A stretch of DNA of 64,000 bases. Source: Candidatus Peribacteraceae bacterium. GTDB lineage: Bacteria > Patescibacteriota > Gracilibacteria > Peribacterales > Peribacteraceae. The notes under the pieces are model-generated. The model was not told the DNA's origin. It did not search any database and was given only the letters and a program-made list of their open reading frames with translations. Each line of letters begins with the position of its first letter. Position 1 is the first letter of the stretch. Shown one piece after another: positions 17,257-26,843 of the stretch. The position numbers were made by a program, and so were the translations under genes. Location of the stretch: the NCBI GenBank assembly GCA_040081825.1, contig JBEBFT010000004.1, positions 11,523-75,522 of the forward strand, given 5' to 3'.

Positions 17257-18411
17257 ATGTTCACTCTGCATACCTCCACAGCCACCGGTCGATCAGCAAC
17301 GCTCCACACCGCACACGGCGATCTCACGACTCCATTCTTCATGCCTTGTGCCACCGCGGGAGCACTCAAGGGGCTCACGTTCGAGGATCACAAAGCACTC
17401 GGTGGCGAGATCCTTCTCATGAACACGTATCACTTGCACCTCACTCCGGGAGAAGAGATCGTCAGGCAAGCAGGAGGGCTGCACACGTTCGCAGGATGGG
17501 ACAGACCCATCCTCACTGACTCCGGCGGATTCCAGGTATTCTCACTCGAGTCTCTCAGAAAGATCTCGGAAGAAGGAGTGACGTTCAAGGACCACAGAAG
17601 TGGCGCCGAACGTTTCCTCGGACCCATCGAAGCCATGCGCATCCAACACGCACTCGGTGCCGACATCATTATGTGTTTTGACGAATGTCCGCCTTCGACT
17701 GCTCCACGCGCTGAACAAATCTCAGCAGTGGACCGCACACTACGTTGGGCGAAGGTGTGTAAGGAGGAGCATGAACGACTGAAGAACGAGACGAACAAAA
17801 GGAATAATAGGAACAATACGAATATCTCGCTGTACCCAAAAGATTCCTTGGATTCCTCTCTTTCCTCTGGTTCCTTTCATTCCTACCCGCTTCTGTTCGG
17901 CATCGTCCAAGGCGGGCTCGAAAAAGATCTGCGTAAAAAGTGTGCTGAGGAACTGATCGCAATTGGTTTCGATGGCTACGCAGTCGGTGGACTGGCAGTC
18001 GGTGAGAGTGAAGAGGAAATGTTCGATGTGCTGGATACTGTCTGTCCGCTGCTCCCAGAAGATAAGCCGAGGTACCTAATGGGTGTCGGCGAGCTCACCC
18101 AAATCAAAATTGCTGTCGCAAAAGGAATAGACATGATGGACTGTGTTGCACCAACCCGCGAAGCACGCCACGGAAACATCTGGATGTCGGATGGCACGAA
18201 ACTCAAAATCCGACGAGCGGAGTACGCGACAGACTTTTCTCCGATTGATCCTGACTCCCCTGCTCCGAGCAGCCGAAAGCATTCCAAAGCGTACCTGCAT
18301 CATCTTCTCAAAATCGGCGAACGGTTCGGTGAGACGCTCGCGTGTCTACAGAATCTGGGGGTGACGCTTGAGACGGTGCGAACGCTTCGAACAAAGATTG
18401 AGGAAAGTTGA
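17257..18411 (+). CDS. tgt: tRNA-guanine transglycosylase homolog (divergent: zinc ligands absent, internal insertion)
   Basis: 384 aa with LTDSGGFQVFSL, MCFDEC, FGIVQGG, YAVGGLAVGE, YLMGVG, GIDMMDCVAPTR and AYLHHL, all Tgt hallmarks. See the findings for the deviations. Confidence 0.9.
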   Translation: MFTLHTSTATGRSATLHTAHGDLTTPFFMPCATAGALKGLTFEDHKALGGEILLMNTYHLHLTPGEEIVRQAGGLHTFAGWDRPILTDSGGFQVFSLESLRKISEEGVTFKDHRSGAERFLGPIEAMRIQHALGADIIMCFDECPPSTAPRAEQISAVDRTLRWAKVCKEEHERLKNETNKRNNRNNTNISLYPKDSLDSSLSSGSFHSYPLLFGIVQGGLEKDLRKKCAEELIAIGFDGYAVGGLAVGESEEEMFDVLDTVCPLLPEDKPRYLMGVGELTQIKIAVAKGIDMMDCVAPTREARHGNIWMSDGTKLKIRRAEYATDFSPIDPDSPAPSSRKHSKAYLHHLLKIGERFGETLACLQNLGVTLETVRTLRTKIEES

Positions 18412-18441
18412 CAGATTTTGAAAAATAATTAAAATAGTATT

Positions 18442-18960
18442 ATGAGACAAAAACCCGGTCATAATTTTCCACCTGAACTTGAAAAAAGCAGGTCCCATAT
18501 CAACCGTGAGGGACGAATGCAGTTTTCATTGCTGCATGTCTTACTTCTCACGGCAGTTGTGGGTGGAGGAATAGTCAGCGTCATGCAGTGGAATAGAAGT
18601 AAAGTTTTGCACAATTCTCGCCAACTTTGGGAGGATGCTCAGGACAACGTCTTAGACAACTTTGATATAGATGATATGTTGAGAAATTTGCCGGAAAAGT
18701 ATTCTATTCGAGACATCCCAGCCACAAGAAAAGAAATCATGTTTCGTTTATGGAACCAGTTAAAAATAGATGCAAATAAGGGCAATCTTGATCCTGATTG
18801 GAGTCTGCAATTCATTCAGAGACTCACCAAGTCTTTACGAAAAGATGGAGAAACAGATATATCGTTCGAGGAAATCGGAGTAACGAAAGAAGATATAGAA
18901 AAATTATTTGAGAGATCATCACAGATAAAAGCGCAGCGCGATGAAGTACGTGAGGAATAG
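18442..18960 (+). CDS. hypothetical protein with one N-terminal TM helix (orphan, low GC)
   Basis: 172-aa ORF. The alternative start ATG 18517 (MQFSLLHVLLLTAVVGGG) is also possible. Confidence 0.45.
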   Translation: MRQKPGHNFPPELEKSRSHINREGRMQFSLLHVLLLTAVVGGGIVSVMQWNRSKVLHNSRQLWEDAQDNVLDNFDIDDMLRNLPEKYSIRDIPATRKEIMFRLWNQLKIDANKGNLDPDWSLQFIQRLTKSLRKDGETDISFEEIGVTKEDIEKLFERSSQIKAQRDEVREE

Positions 18961-18988
18961 ATAGGAAGATCGGTAGTGAGTGTACCGG

Positions 18989-19303
18989 CTACTTCCCTAC
19001 TCCCGTCACCTCAATCTCTGTGTATCCCTGCCTGTGTCCACGGTATGTCTTGTGAAAACGCTTGCGGCGCTTGAACTTGGTAACGCGGATCTTGTCATCC
19101 AAGCCATGTGCGATCACCTTCACAGTGACTGTCGCGCCAGAGACATACGGCGCACCAACAGTCGTATCAGTGCCGTCTGAAAGAAGCAGCACTTTTTCGA
19201 ACGTAACGGAAGCACCTTCCTTTGCATCCAGGGTAGGAACATGAAACTTCATGCCCTTTTCAGCCTTTTCCTGGAAGCCGGCGATATCGACAATTGCAAA
19301 CAT
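18989..19303 (-). CDS. rplU: 50S ribosomal protein L21
   Basis: MFAIVDIAGFQEKAEKG...KFKRRKRFHKTYRGHRQGYTEIEV. The start is taken at the Met that matches L21 N-termini; the ORF opens at 19348. Confidence 0.9.
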   Translation of the reverse strand: MFAIVDIAGFQEKAEKGMKFHVPTLDAKEGASVTFEKVLLLSDGTDTTVGAPYVSGATVTVKVIAHGLDDKIRVTKFKRRKRFHKTYRGHRQGYTEIEVTGVGK

Positions 19304-19376
19304 GAGCTGGGAGAGTGTAGCGGGCAGAAGTAGCTGCTGCAAGGGCACAATTCGTTGTATAGATTGTATGTTAAAT

Positions 19377-19404
19377 TTGACGAGAGAAAAATATAGTTTA
19401 ATAT
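19377..19404 (+). promoter_or_regulatory. sigma70-like promoter TTGACG-16 nt-TAATAT placed 6 nt before ATG 19411
   Basis: TTGACG at 19377-19382, TAATAT at 19399-19404, ATG at 19411. Confidence 0.45.
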
Positions 19405-19410
19405 ATACTT

Positions 19411-20166
19411 ATGCCAAAAGAGATGCCTATCGGTCGATGGAAAAAAGCAGATCGCTTGAGTCAGGCGTTGGGACGTGGAAATAATAACCGTGCACGGCGA
19501 GTCACACTAAAGATTACGGGCAAAAGGGGAAAAACATGTAAAAAAATTGTGCTTGTGATGCGCACTCCAAATGGATCTGGAATTGTTGAAAAAAAGGGGG
19601 AAGGAGAATTTTATGACCTGTTGGGTGAACTGGTCATTCCTCGATTACCAACGTTTCGCATAGACGGGGACACTACGTTCTCTACAGACTTGGCAGAAAA
19701 CGGCGTGAACTATGTTTTCTCTGCCAATAACATCACACACGAAGGCCATCAAACTACTATGGAAAAGTGGGGATATGAATTCAAAAGACGCGAAGAGAAT
19801 GACAGAGTGGTGCAAGAACTTTGTAACATCGCAAAAAAATTAGCGCAGGGTGATATTGAGCTAAGTATGTTAGGTGCAAGAGTGTTCTATTTCATTATGA
19901 ATATTGATACCGGAATTGCTCATGTGCTTGTCGGCGACAACAAAAAAGTCGGGCACACTGAACCGATATTGGATGGTCGCGAGACTACTCTGGAACATCG
20001 AATAGACAGCAACTGCACAGCCGTTCTTTCGGCATTCTTGCATCCCATCGCTCGTACAGACATTACATGCTGGGAACTACTAGGAATTCCCCTAAAAACC
20101 GTAGTCGACATTGTGAATAGGAATCGTCCCTACAATGAAGATGCAGAGGAAGACGATGAGATATAG
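19411..20166 (+). CDS. hypothetical protein (orphan, low GC, basic N-terminus and acidic C-terminus)
   Basis: 251-aa ORF. The TAG stop lies 1 nt from the end of the convergent tRNA-Val. Confidence 0.5.
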   Translation: MPKEMPIGRWKKADRLSQALGRGNNNRARRVTLKITGKRGKTCKKIVLVMRTPNGSGIVEKKGEGEFYDLLGELVIPRLPTFRIDGDTTFSTDLAENGVNYVFSANNITHEGHQTTMEKWGYEFKRREENDRVVQELCNIAKKLAQGDIELSMLGARVFYFIMNIDTGIAHVLVGDNKKVGHTEPILDGRETTLEHRIDSNCTAVLSAFLHPIARTDITCWELLGIPLKTVVDIVNRNRPYNEDAEEDDEI

Positions 20167-20167
20167 A

Positions 20168-20244
20168 TGGTGGGCGCCAAGGGATTCGAACCCCTGACCC
20201 TCTCGGTGTAAGCGAGATGCTCTAACCAGCTGAGCTAGGCGCCC
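20168..20244 (-). tRNA. tRNA-Val (anticodon UAC), CCA encoded
   Basis: The reverse complement is GGGCGCCTAGCTCAGCTGGTTAGAGCATCTCGCTTACACCGAGAGGGTCAGGGGTTCGAATCCCTTGGCGCCCACCA. The anticodon loop is CTTACAC. Confidence 0.93.
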
Positions 20245-20249
20245 TTCGG

Positions 20250-20284
20250 GTATGTCGTATGTTGTACGTAGTATGTAGTATATG
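20250..20284 (+). repeat. 5 x 7-bp tandem repeat GTATGTN running into the ATG of the next gene
   Basis: gtatgtc gtatgtt gtacgta gtatgta gtatATG. A TAGTAT -10-like hexamer at 20269-20274 sits 7 nt before the ATG. Confidence 0.85.
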
Positions 20285-20923
20285 CCTGCAATGAAGCAAT
20301 TCGATCTTTCGCAGGCTCTTACACAAAAGGAAAAACTCATTCTTTCGAAGCTCAGAACCCCACGCGCCATTCAGGACTTTTTGGATACCATCCCCATGAA
20401 CCATGAACCCGAGGGGGATACGTGTCTGTCACCTCGCAGAGTGCTCAGAGAAAAGCGTGCGCACTGCATCGAAGGTGCGATGCTGGCCGCTCTCGCACTC
20501 CGACTCCAGGGAAGGCCGCCTCTTCTGCTGGATCTCAAAAGTACTAAACACGATTACGATCATGTCGTGACTCTTTTCAAAGAGGGAGGATGCTTCGGCG
20601 CAATCAGCAAAACGAATCATGGAGTCCTACGGTATCGGGAACCCATTTACAAAAACGTTCGCGAACTCGTGATGTCGTACTTTCACGAATATTTCCTGAA
20701 TGACTCAGGCAAGAAGACACTGCGCTCGTACTCGGTGCCCGTGGATCTCTCAGAACTTGATCACCTCGATTGGATAACATCCGAAGAGAATGTGTGGGAG
20801 ATACCGATGGCGCTAGAGAATGCGCGTCATTTTCCGATCCTGACACCGAATCAGATCAAGAACCTGCGACCAGCGGATCTGGTAGAGAGGGAGATGGGAA
20901 AGGTGAAGGAATGGAAAGAATGA
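20282..20923 (+). CDS. transglutaminase-like / papain-fold cysteine protease superfamily protein
   Basis: 213 aa with a Cys-His-type pattern RAHCIEGAMLAA ... DYDHVVTLF ... KTNH. Confidence 0.55.
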   Translation: MPAMKQFDLSQALTQKEKLILSKLRTPRAIQDFLDTIPMNHEPEGDTCLSPRRVLREKRAHCIEGAMLAALALRLQGRPPLLLDLKSTKHDYDHVVTLFKEGGCFGAISKTNHGVLRYREPIYKNVRELVMSYFHEYFLNDSGKKTLRSYSVPVDLSELDHLDWITSEENVWEIPMALENARHFPILTPNQIKNLRPADLVEREMGKVKEWKE

Positions 20924-20927
20924 GACT

Positions 20928-20994
20928 AGTGATGAGTGGTCAGTGGCTAGTGCATGCATGGGAAAAACCGTCTAACCACTAACCTCTCATCACT
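20928..20994. repeat. heptamer repeat (GTGATGA GTGGTCA GTGGCTA GTGCATG) forming an imperfect 19-bp hairpin
   Basis: Arms 20928-20946 and 20976-20994 are complementary except at 2 positions. Same repeat family as 16055-16106. Confidence 0.7.
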
Positions 20995-21041
20995 TCCTGA
21001 AATCATTGCCTGCGGATCCCTTCCGCGCTATCATTCCCCCG

Positions 21042-21254
21042 ATGACTCTCCTCCTCATTATCGAAGCAATCCTCGGCAGCCTCCTAGCACTCATGATTCT
21101 GCTGCAGCACCGAGCATCTGGCCTGTCTGCTACGTTCGGCGGCACTGGTGCCACCTTCGTCCAGCGCCGTGGCGCAGAGAAAGTGCTCTTCACCGCTACC
21201 ATCTGGGTCGCAGTTGCGTTCTTCGCACTCGCGATTGTCCTCATGTACGCCTAG
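21042..21254 (+). CDS. secG: preprotein translocase subunit SecG
   Basis: MTLLLIIEAILGSLLALMILLQHRASGLSATFGG..., the typical SecG two-TM layout with a Gly-rich loop. Confidence 0.85.
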   Translation: MTLLLIIEAILGSLLALMILLQHRASGLSATFGGTGATFVQRRGAEKVLFTATIWVAVAFFALAIVLMYA

Positions 21255-21320
21255 ATGAACGAAACTGGAATCGTGACACCTGAATTTCGATTCTAGTTTC
21301 ACCTCTCCGGGCTACTAACC

Positions 21321-23633
21321 ATGCGCTTCCTTCGGTTTCTCCTCCGGCTGCTTGGCTCCATGACGAGCAAAGAGAGAATCGCATTACTGATCCTCCTCTG
21401 TGTCCTCGGCATCAGTGGCTTTCTGATGCTTCGCAGTTTTTATGTGCAAAGCTCGATCGAAGTACCCAAGCGTGGAGGAACGTACATCGAAGGATCTGTT
21501 GGGCAGGTCACGGGCTTTAGCCCTTGGCTTCACACGGGAAATGATATCGATCGCGACATCGTCTCGCTGATCTTTTCAGGACTGATGAAGTATGACCCCA
21601 TTTCGAAATCTATCGTGAATGATCTAGCAGAGGTAACAGTGACGAATGATCAGAGGACGTACACGGCAGTACTACGACCCAACCTCCACTGGCATGATTC
21701 GACCGAGGAGAAGCCACACCTCGTCACAGCGGACGACGTGCTCTTTACATTTCAGACTATTCTGGAACCAGGATTTCCGAATCCGATTCTTTCCCAGAAT
21801 TTTCGTGGCGTAGAGCTGGAAAAACTGGATGATCGCACTGTCCGCTTTAGGTTACAGAAACCATACGCATTTTTCACAAGCAACCTGACTCTCGGACTTC
21901 TTCCGAAGGCGTCATTCCAAGATTTGAGTGTCGAAGACATTGCCCGTGACCGCAGCTTCGATATGCAGCCGATTGGTGCAGGGCCGTACGCATTCGTCAG
22001 CACCATCCAGACCGATCTCTCGACCGAAGTCACACTCAAGAGTTTCGATCGCGCTGGCATGCCCCAGTATCACATCGAGCGCATCGTGTTCCGTGTGTTC
22101 CCGGACTACTCCTCACTACTCACCGATAGCTTGAATTTAGACGGCATCAGACAAGTCCCACGCAACGAGAGTGGTGACCCCATTCTCCCCTCTCGATTCA
22201 CACCGAAGTCGTATGCGCTACCACAATACGTCGGACTTTTTCTGAATCTCGATCGCATCGTCATGCAAGATCAGAAAATTCGACTGGGTCTGCAACTTGC
22301 TACGAATAAACAAGAGATCGTCGATGCGCTCCAAGAAACCAATATTATCGATACTGGCCTGCTGGAACTACACATGAACGACTGGCAATACCGCTTCGAT
22401 GCGAATGCAGCACAGGGCGCACTGTTCGATAGTAACTGGAATGTTCCTGAAAAAGTGCGACTGCAACGGCTCCTAGAACAGCGTGAGGCGAATCAGGTTG
22501 GACCACTCCGGAATACGCCTCGCATTGCGCTTTTGCAAACAGGATCGATGCTCACTATTACGGGATCAACTGCAGATCTCGCATTTCCGATTCGGATCAA
22601 TGGCATCCGAGCCGAAACAGGGGTGACACTGAAGAATGGAACCGTACGCACGCTCTCGGGAAGTTGGATCGTCCACATTCCTTCGGGGGATGGCAGCAGC
22701 GGATCAATCAAAACGGGCCTCAATGTCCTGAGGCTGATGGATGGGAACGATGACATCGTCGACTCTGCATTCGTCGAACGATTTGAACGGACTCGCGACT
22801 TCGCACTCGCATCGGACGAATATCGTATCGTGGAGCAATTCCTTCGAACGCGTTCGCTCCCCGATTCCGATCCCGCAAAAATCACGGTGGGTTCGATGAC
22901 ACTGGAAAATGGCTATCTCCGCAGACGACGTGATAATGACCCAGTACCCACACGTGTGAATAGCCGAGGGGAATCGCTTCGGATACGCCTCCTGACAAGC
23001 CCGCAGCCCACTCACTACGCAACAATCGCAGAGATCGTGCAGAAGCAGTGGAAACAAGTGGGTGCAGAAGTGGTTATCGATATTCCCAGTACACGCAAAG
23101 AGTTTGAAGAAAAACTTCTCAAGCGTGACTACGATGTCGTGCTTTTCGGTCAGTCGATGTTCGATAACTTGGATAGCTATCCGTACTGGCACTCCAGCCA
23201 GATCCAAGAGCAAACAGATGATCAGACGAAACTAAAACTCGATGCGTTTAATCTCTCACAGTACGCTTCATTTGAAGCAGATGCACTACTCACTCGCATT
23301 CGTGAGACTGGGAACGCCGATGCCAGAACCAAGGCGCTCAAGGAACTCAGTGAGCTTCTGAAGCGTGACATCCCAGCAATTACCCTCTATTCCCCTCTCT
23401 CTGTTTTCGCATTGAGTAATGACGTGCATGCCACCGAACTTCAGCACCTCTCACTGCATACAGACCGGTTCAGCACACTGTCAGAGTGGTACATGGATAC
23501 AGACCGCCAATTCCGCGCTGGAAAGGGCTGGCTTTCACTCCCCGCGTGGATGCTCCGGACGCTTCTCGGACAAAGCGAAATATCGGATACTGCCGATCAG
23601 GAAGCGAAGAAAACAGATTCTGGTCAACCCTAA
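21321..23633 (+). CDS. membrane-anchored ABC-type solute-binding protein, family 5 (peptide/nickel type); no cognate permease or ATPase in the window
   Basis: 770 aa with an N-terminal TM anchor and a KRGGTYIEGSVGQ...GLMKYDP block typical of SBP_bac_5. Confidence 0.7.
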   Translation: MRFLRFLLRLLGSMTSKERIALLILLCVLGISGFLMLRSFYVQSSIEVPKRGGTYIEGSVGQVTGFSPWLHTGNDIDRDIVSLIFSGLMKYDPISKSIVNDLAEVTVTNDQRTYTAVLRPNLHWHDSTEEKPHLVTADDVLFTFQTILEPGFPNPILSQNFRGVELEKLDDRTVRFRLQKPYAFFTSNLTLGLLPKASFQDLSVEDIARDRSFDMQPIGAGPYAFVSTIQTDLSTEVTLKSFDRAGMPQYHIERIVFRVFPDYSSLLTDSLNLDGIRQVPRNESGDPILPSRFTPKSYALPQYVGLFLNLDRIVMQDQKIRLGLQLATNKQEIVDALQETNIIDTGLLELHMNDWQYRFDANAAQGALFDSNWNVPEKVRLQRLLEQREANQVGPLRNTPRIALLQTGSMLTITGSTADLAFPIRINGIRAETGVTLKNGTVRTLSGSWIVHIPSGDGSSGSIKTGLNVLRLMDGNDDIVDSAFVERFERTRDFALASDEYRIVEQFLRTRSLPDSDPAKITVGSMTLENGYLRRRRDNDPVPTRVNSRGESLRIRLLTSPQPTHYATIAEIVQKQWKQVGAEVVIDIPSTRKEFEEKLLKRDYDVVLFGQSMFDNLDSYPYWHSSQIQEQTDDQTKLKLDAFNLSQYASFEADALLTRIRETGNADARTKALKELSELLKRDIPAITLYSPLSVFALSNDVHATELQHLSLHTDRFSTLSEWYMDTDRQFRAGKGWLSLPAWMLRTLLGQSEISDTADQEAKKTDSGQP

Positions 23634-23725
23634 GACGAGTAAAAGCATGCTTTGCCGAAGTTGATATAGTGCCTCTTGTGCTTTTGATTCACTTTCCGTA
23701 TGATTTCTCGGCTTTCTGACCACGT

Positions 23726-24178
23726 ATGGAAGTCCTTCTTCTTTCTGACATCAAGGGCATTGGGCACAAAAACGATCTTCTGACTGTCAGAAGCGGCTAT
23801 GCCTTGAACTGTCTGCTTCCGCAGCGGCTCGCGATTGTCGCTACCCCCAAGGTACGACAGCAGTACGCTGACGAAATCCGTAAGCGTGCTGAAGAGAAGC
23901 AGCAGCAGAAAGCTCTACAAGAGTCACTCGCAGATGCCATTTCTGGCAAAGTGGTGAAGATTCAAGCTGAAACAGCGAAGGGAGGCAAACTGTACGCATC
24001 AGTGCACGCACCTGATATCTTGCGAGCACTTGCAGATCAGTTCTCGATCACGCTTCCTGCCACTGCACTGCATATCGAAAAGCCAATCAAATCGACAGGA
24101 GCACATACCGTCACTGTCATGCTCGGTGCAGAGAGCACAAAGCTCAGCATCGAAGTGGAAGGTACGCCAAAAAAATAG
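23726..24178 (+). CDS. rplI: 50S ribosomal protein L9
   Basis: MEVLLLSDIKGIGHKNDLLTVRSGYALNCLLPQRLA..., a canonical L9 N-domain. Confidence 0.92.
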   Translation: MEVLLLSDIKGIGHKNDLLTVRSGYALNCLLPQRLAIVATPKVRQQYADEIRKRAEEKQQQKALQESLADAISGKVVKIQAETAKGGKLYASVHAPDILRALADQFSITLPATALHIEKPIKSTGAHTVTVMLGAESTKLSIEVEGTPKK

Positions 24179-24217
24179 GCTCACAGGATCGCGTGAGTCT
24201 GCTACCCTTGTTTCAGT

Positions 24218-24913
24218 ATGTATCTCGATGAATTCGGCGGCATGGAGTCCTACACCCCAAGCGAAGGGGGTGGGGCTCGTGAACAACTGAGCGAGGAATC
24301 GAAGCAGCGTTTTACGCAAGCTCAAGCGCAGATCAAGCAGTTCATTCGTGAAGAGAAGAAAGCGAAGAAGCGTGATGATCGCGTGGCTGAGACGATCGTG
24401 CAGTTCCTGGGAAATGACCAGTACAGCCACCTCTTTCAGCTCATCGCGACACTCTCTGCAATGAACTGCCCATCGATTTTTATTTTGGCAATCCTGTCAC
24501 TCATTCACGACGGGTGCAAACAAACTGTGGAGGAGTACGTGCAGGAACATCGGGTCGCGATCAGCACTCCGGATACTGCACAAGGAACTGCTCTCTCAAA
24601 AAATAGCGAGCTTCCAGCAGACGCTCGACAGGATCTGCTGCAGTGGATTGCTCGTATGGGCTTGGTACTCGACATCGATACTGTATCGATTCTGAAGAGA
24701 CTCATGACGGATCACGAGAACTTGGATGGCAGCGTGCTCCAGATCACCACGTTCGTACTACGTGATTACTTCGCATCCATTGATCGGAGTGCGCCATACG
24801 AAGAGTTGCAGCCGCTCACGATTGCGATACTGCAGGATATCGTGGGACCGCACCTTCCGACCATGAAAGAGTACTTCGCTTCTGGTGACACGGAGGCATC
24901 GGAGGAGGCGTAG
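24218..24913 (+). CDS. hypothetical protein
   Basis: 231-aa ORF downstream of rplI with a charged N-terminal coiled region. No family recognised. Confidence 0.5.
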   Translation: MYLDEFGGMESYTPSEGGGAREQLSEESKQRFTQAQAQIKQFIREEKKAKKRDDRVAETIVQFLGNDQYSHLFQLIATLSAMNCPSIFILAILSLIHDGCKQTVEEYVQEHRVAISTPDTAQGTALSKNSELPADARQDLLQWIARMGLVLDIDTVSILKRLMTDHENLDGSVLQITTFVLRDYFASIDRSAPYEELQPLTIAILQDIVGPHLPTMKEYFASGDTEASEEA

Positions 24914-24923
24914 AAGTCCCCTT

Positions 24924-26744
24924 CTAGCGCTTCAGAACAGCTAAGAACGTTTCCTGTGAAAGCGTGATGCGACCCATCTGTTTCATGCGCTTTTTGCCTT
25001 TCTTCTGCTTGTCGAGCAATTTATCCTTGCGGCTGCGATCTCCACCGTACAGATACCCTGTAACATCCTTGCGATACGCTGCCACGTTTTCTCTCGCGAC
25101 TATTTTCCCACCGATCGCGGCCTGAATCGGAATCTGGAACTGTTGCTTCGGTAGCACTTCTTTGAGCTGCTTCACGATCTTGTCTCCCACATCTCTCGCT
25201 TCGCTCTTATGCAAGATGACGGAGAGTGCATCAGTCGGCTCACCAAGGAGGAGGATGTCCATGCGCACCAGGTCTTCTACTCGGTAACCAAGATGTTCGT
25301 ACGAGAGAGATGCGTAGCCTGATGACGCAGACTTGAGCTTGTCGAAGAAATCGAGAACGATCGCAGCGAGTGGTACTTCGAAATGCAGGAGTGCACGATC
25401 AGCATCGATGTACTCCAACGAAAGGTAGATACCACGACGCTCCTGCACGAGCTGCATCGCAGGACCAATGTCCTGTGCCCTACACACGATCTCAAGCTTC
25501 ACCCACGGTTCACGTATTTCATCGATGTGCGTTGGATCCGGCAGGTCAGCTGGATTGCTGATGAGCGCTGTGCTTGGCTCATCGACCTTGAGGAGGCTAG
25601 CGCGTACAACTGAGGAAGGATTGGCGGAGCGAAGTGATACTTCGTAGAGCACGCTTGGTGCTGTGATAATGAGCTCACAACCGTACTCACGTTCCAAACG
25701 CTCCTGTGTGATATCCATGTGCAAGAGTCCCAGGAATCCGCAGCGAAAGCCGTTACCGAGCGCAGTATTGTGTTCGTAGGTGATCTCGATCGCGGCATCG
25801 TTGAGTGACAGCTTCTCGAGCGAATCACGAAGACGAGGATAGTCGTCGGCTTGTGTGGGATACAATCCTGCGAAGACCATCGGCTGTACTTTTTTGTATC
25901 CGGGGAGCGCGGCTGCGTCGGGTGAAGAGGAGATCGTATCTCCCACACGAGCGTCCGCCACTGCCTTCAGTCCCGTAACGATGTACCCGATCTGACCTGC
26001 AGAAAGAACGGAGTCAGAAATGTACTTCGGAGAAAAGTATCCGACATCCTGGACTTCGAAATCGATTTTGGTACCGAGGAGTCGTACTTTCATTCCTCTT
26101 TTGAACTCGCCCTCGATGACACGCATGTACGTAACCACACCGCGGTACTCATCCATGACAGCATCGAAGATGAGTGCGCGCGAGACGTTGCTGCCTGTCG
26201 AGCGCTCAGTGGTTGGAGGCGGAATACGCTCCAAAACCGTATCCAGAACTTCCAAAACACCAGTTCCGTCTTTTGCCGAAATCTTGAGAATATCGCTCGC
26301 CTCACACCCAAGCATCTTCATCACCTCAGCACTGACGCGCTCTGGATCTGCGGCAGGCAGATCTATTTTATTCAGAACCGGAATGATCTTCAGGTCATGC
26401 TCCATCGCCATGTAGAGCACCGCAAGAGTCTGAGCCTGGATCCCTTGCGATGCATCGACGAGGAGAATCGCACCCTCACACGCAGCGAGAGAGCGACTCA
26501 CTTCGTATCGGAAATCGGTATGCCCGGGAGTATCGATCAGATTGAGCTCTGTGCCCTTATATTGCATGCGAACAGGAGTCAGCTTGATGGTAATGCCGCG
26601 CTCACGCTCCAGATCCATCGAATCGAGATGCTGCTCTTTGAGTTCGCGCTGCTGCAAAGAACCAGTCTTCTCCATCATTCGATCGGACAAGGTAGACTTG
26701 CCGTGGTCGATATGCGCGATGATGCAGAAGTTACGAATGTTCAT
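24924..26744 (-). CDS. lepA: elongation factor 4
   Basis: NIRNFCIIAHIDHGKSTL, DTPGHTDF, NKIDL, and a C-terminal LepA-specific region. Confidence 0.97.
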   Translation of the reverse strand: MNIRNFCIIAHIDHGKSTLSDRMMEKTGSLQQRELKEQHLDSMDLERERGITIKLTPVRMQYKGTELNLIDTPGHTDFRYEVSRSLAACEGAILLVDASQGIQAQTLAVLYMAMEHDLKIIPVLNKIDLPAADPERVSAEVMKMLGCEASDILKISAKDGTGVLEVLDTVLERIPPPTTERSTGSNVSRALIFDAVMDEYRGVVTYMRVIEGEFKRGMKVRLLGTKIDFEVQDVGYFSPKYISDSVLSAGQIGYIVTGLKAVADARVGDTISSSPDAAALPGYKKVQPMVFAGLYPTQADDYPRLRDSLEKLSLNDAAIEITYEHNTALGNGFRCGFLGLLHMDITQERLEREYGCELIITAPSVLYEVSLRSANPSSVVRASLLKVDEPSTALISNPADLPDPTHIDEIREPWVKLEIVCRAQDIGPAMQLVQERRGIYLSLEYIDADRALLHFEVPLAAIVLDFFDKLKSASSGYASLSYEHLGYRVEDLVRMDILLLGEPTDALSVILHKSEARDVGDKIVKQLKEVLPKQQFQIPIQAAIGGKIVARENVAAYRKDVTGYLYGGDRSRKDKLLDKQKKGKKRMKQMGRITLSQETFLAVLKR

Positions 26745-26843
26745 AGAAGTTGATGCGTGCTACGGCGTAGATTGGCGCAAGTCTCCTGACCTGCGTGAGT
26801 CCAAGCCGAGTGACAGATAGTGTGCCAGAAAATCACCAGAATA

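Noticed and set aside
17051-17519. Plus-strand ORFs 17051..17422 and 17181..17519, the latter containing VPSVPSVPSVPS.
   Set aside because: The repetitive peptide is simply the translated nonamer DNA repeat. The ORFs overlap the real tgt frame, which has strong homology.
18082-18102. Apparent loss of the Tgt nucleophile (GVGELTQ in place of GVGKPED).
   Set aside because: Counting residues in the E. coli sequence places the nucleophile Asp264 in the IDMFDCV block, not in KPED. That Asp is conserved here (IDMMDCV), so only the zinc-site loss is claimed.
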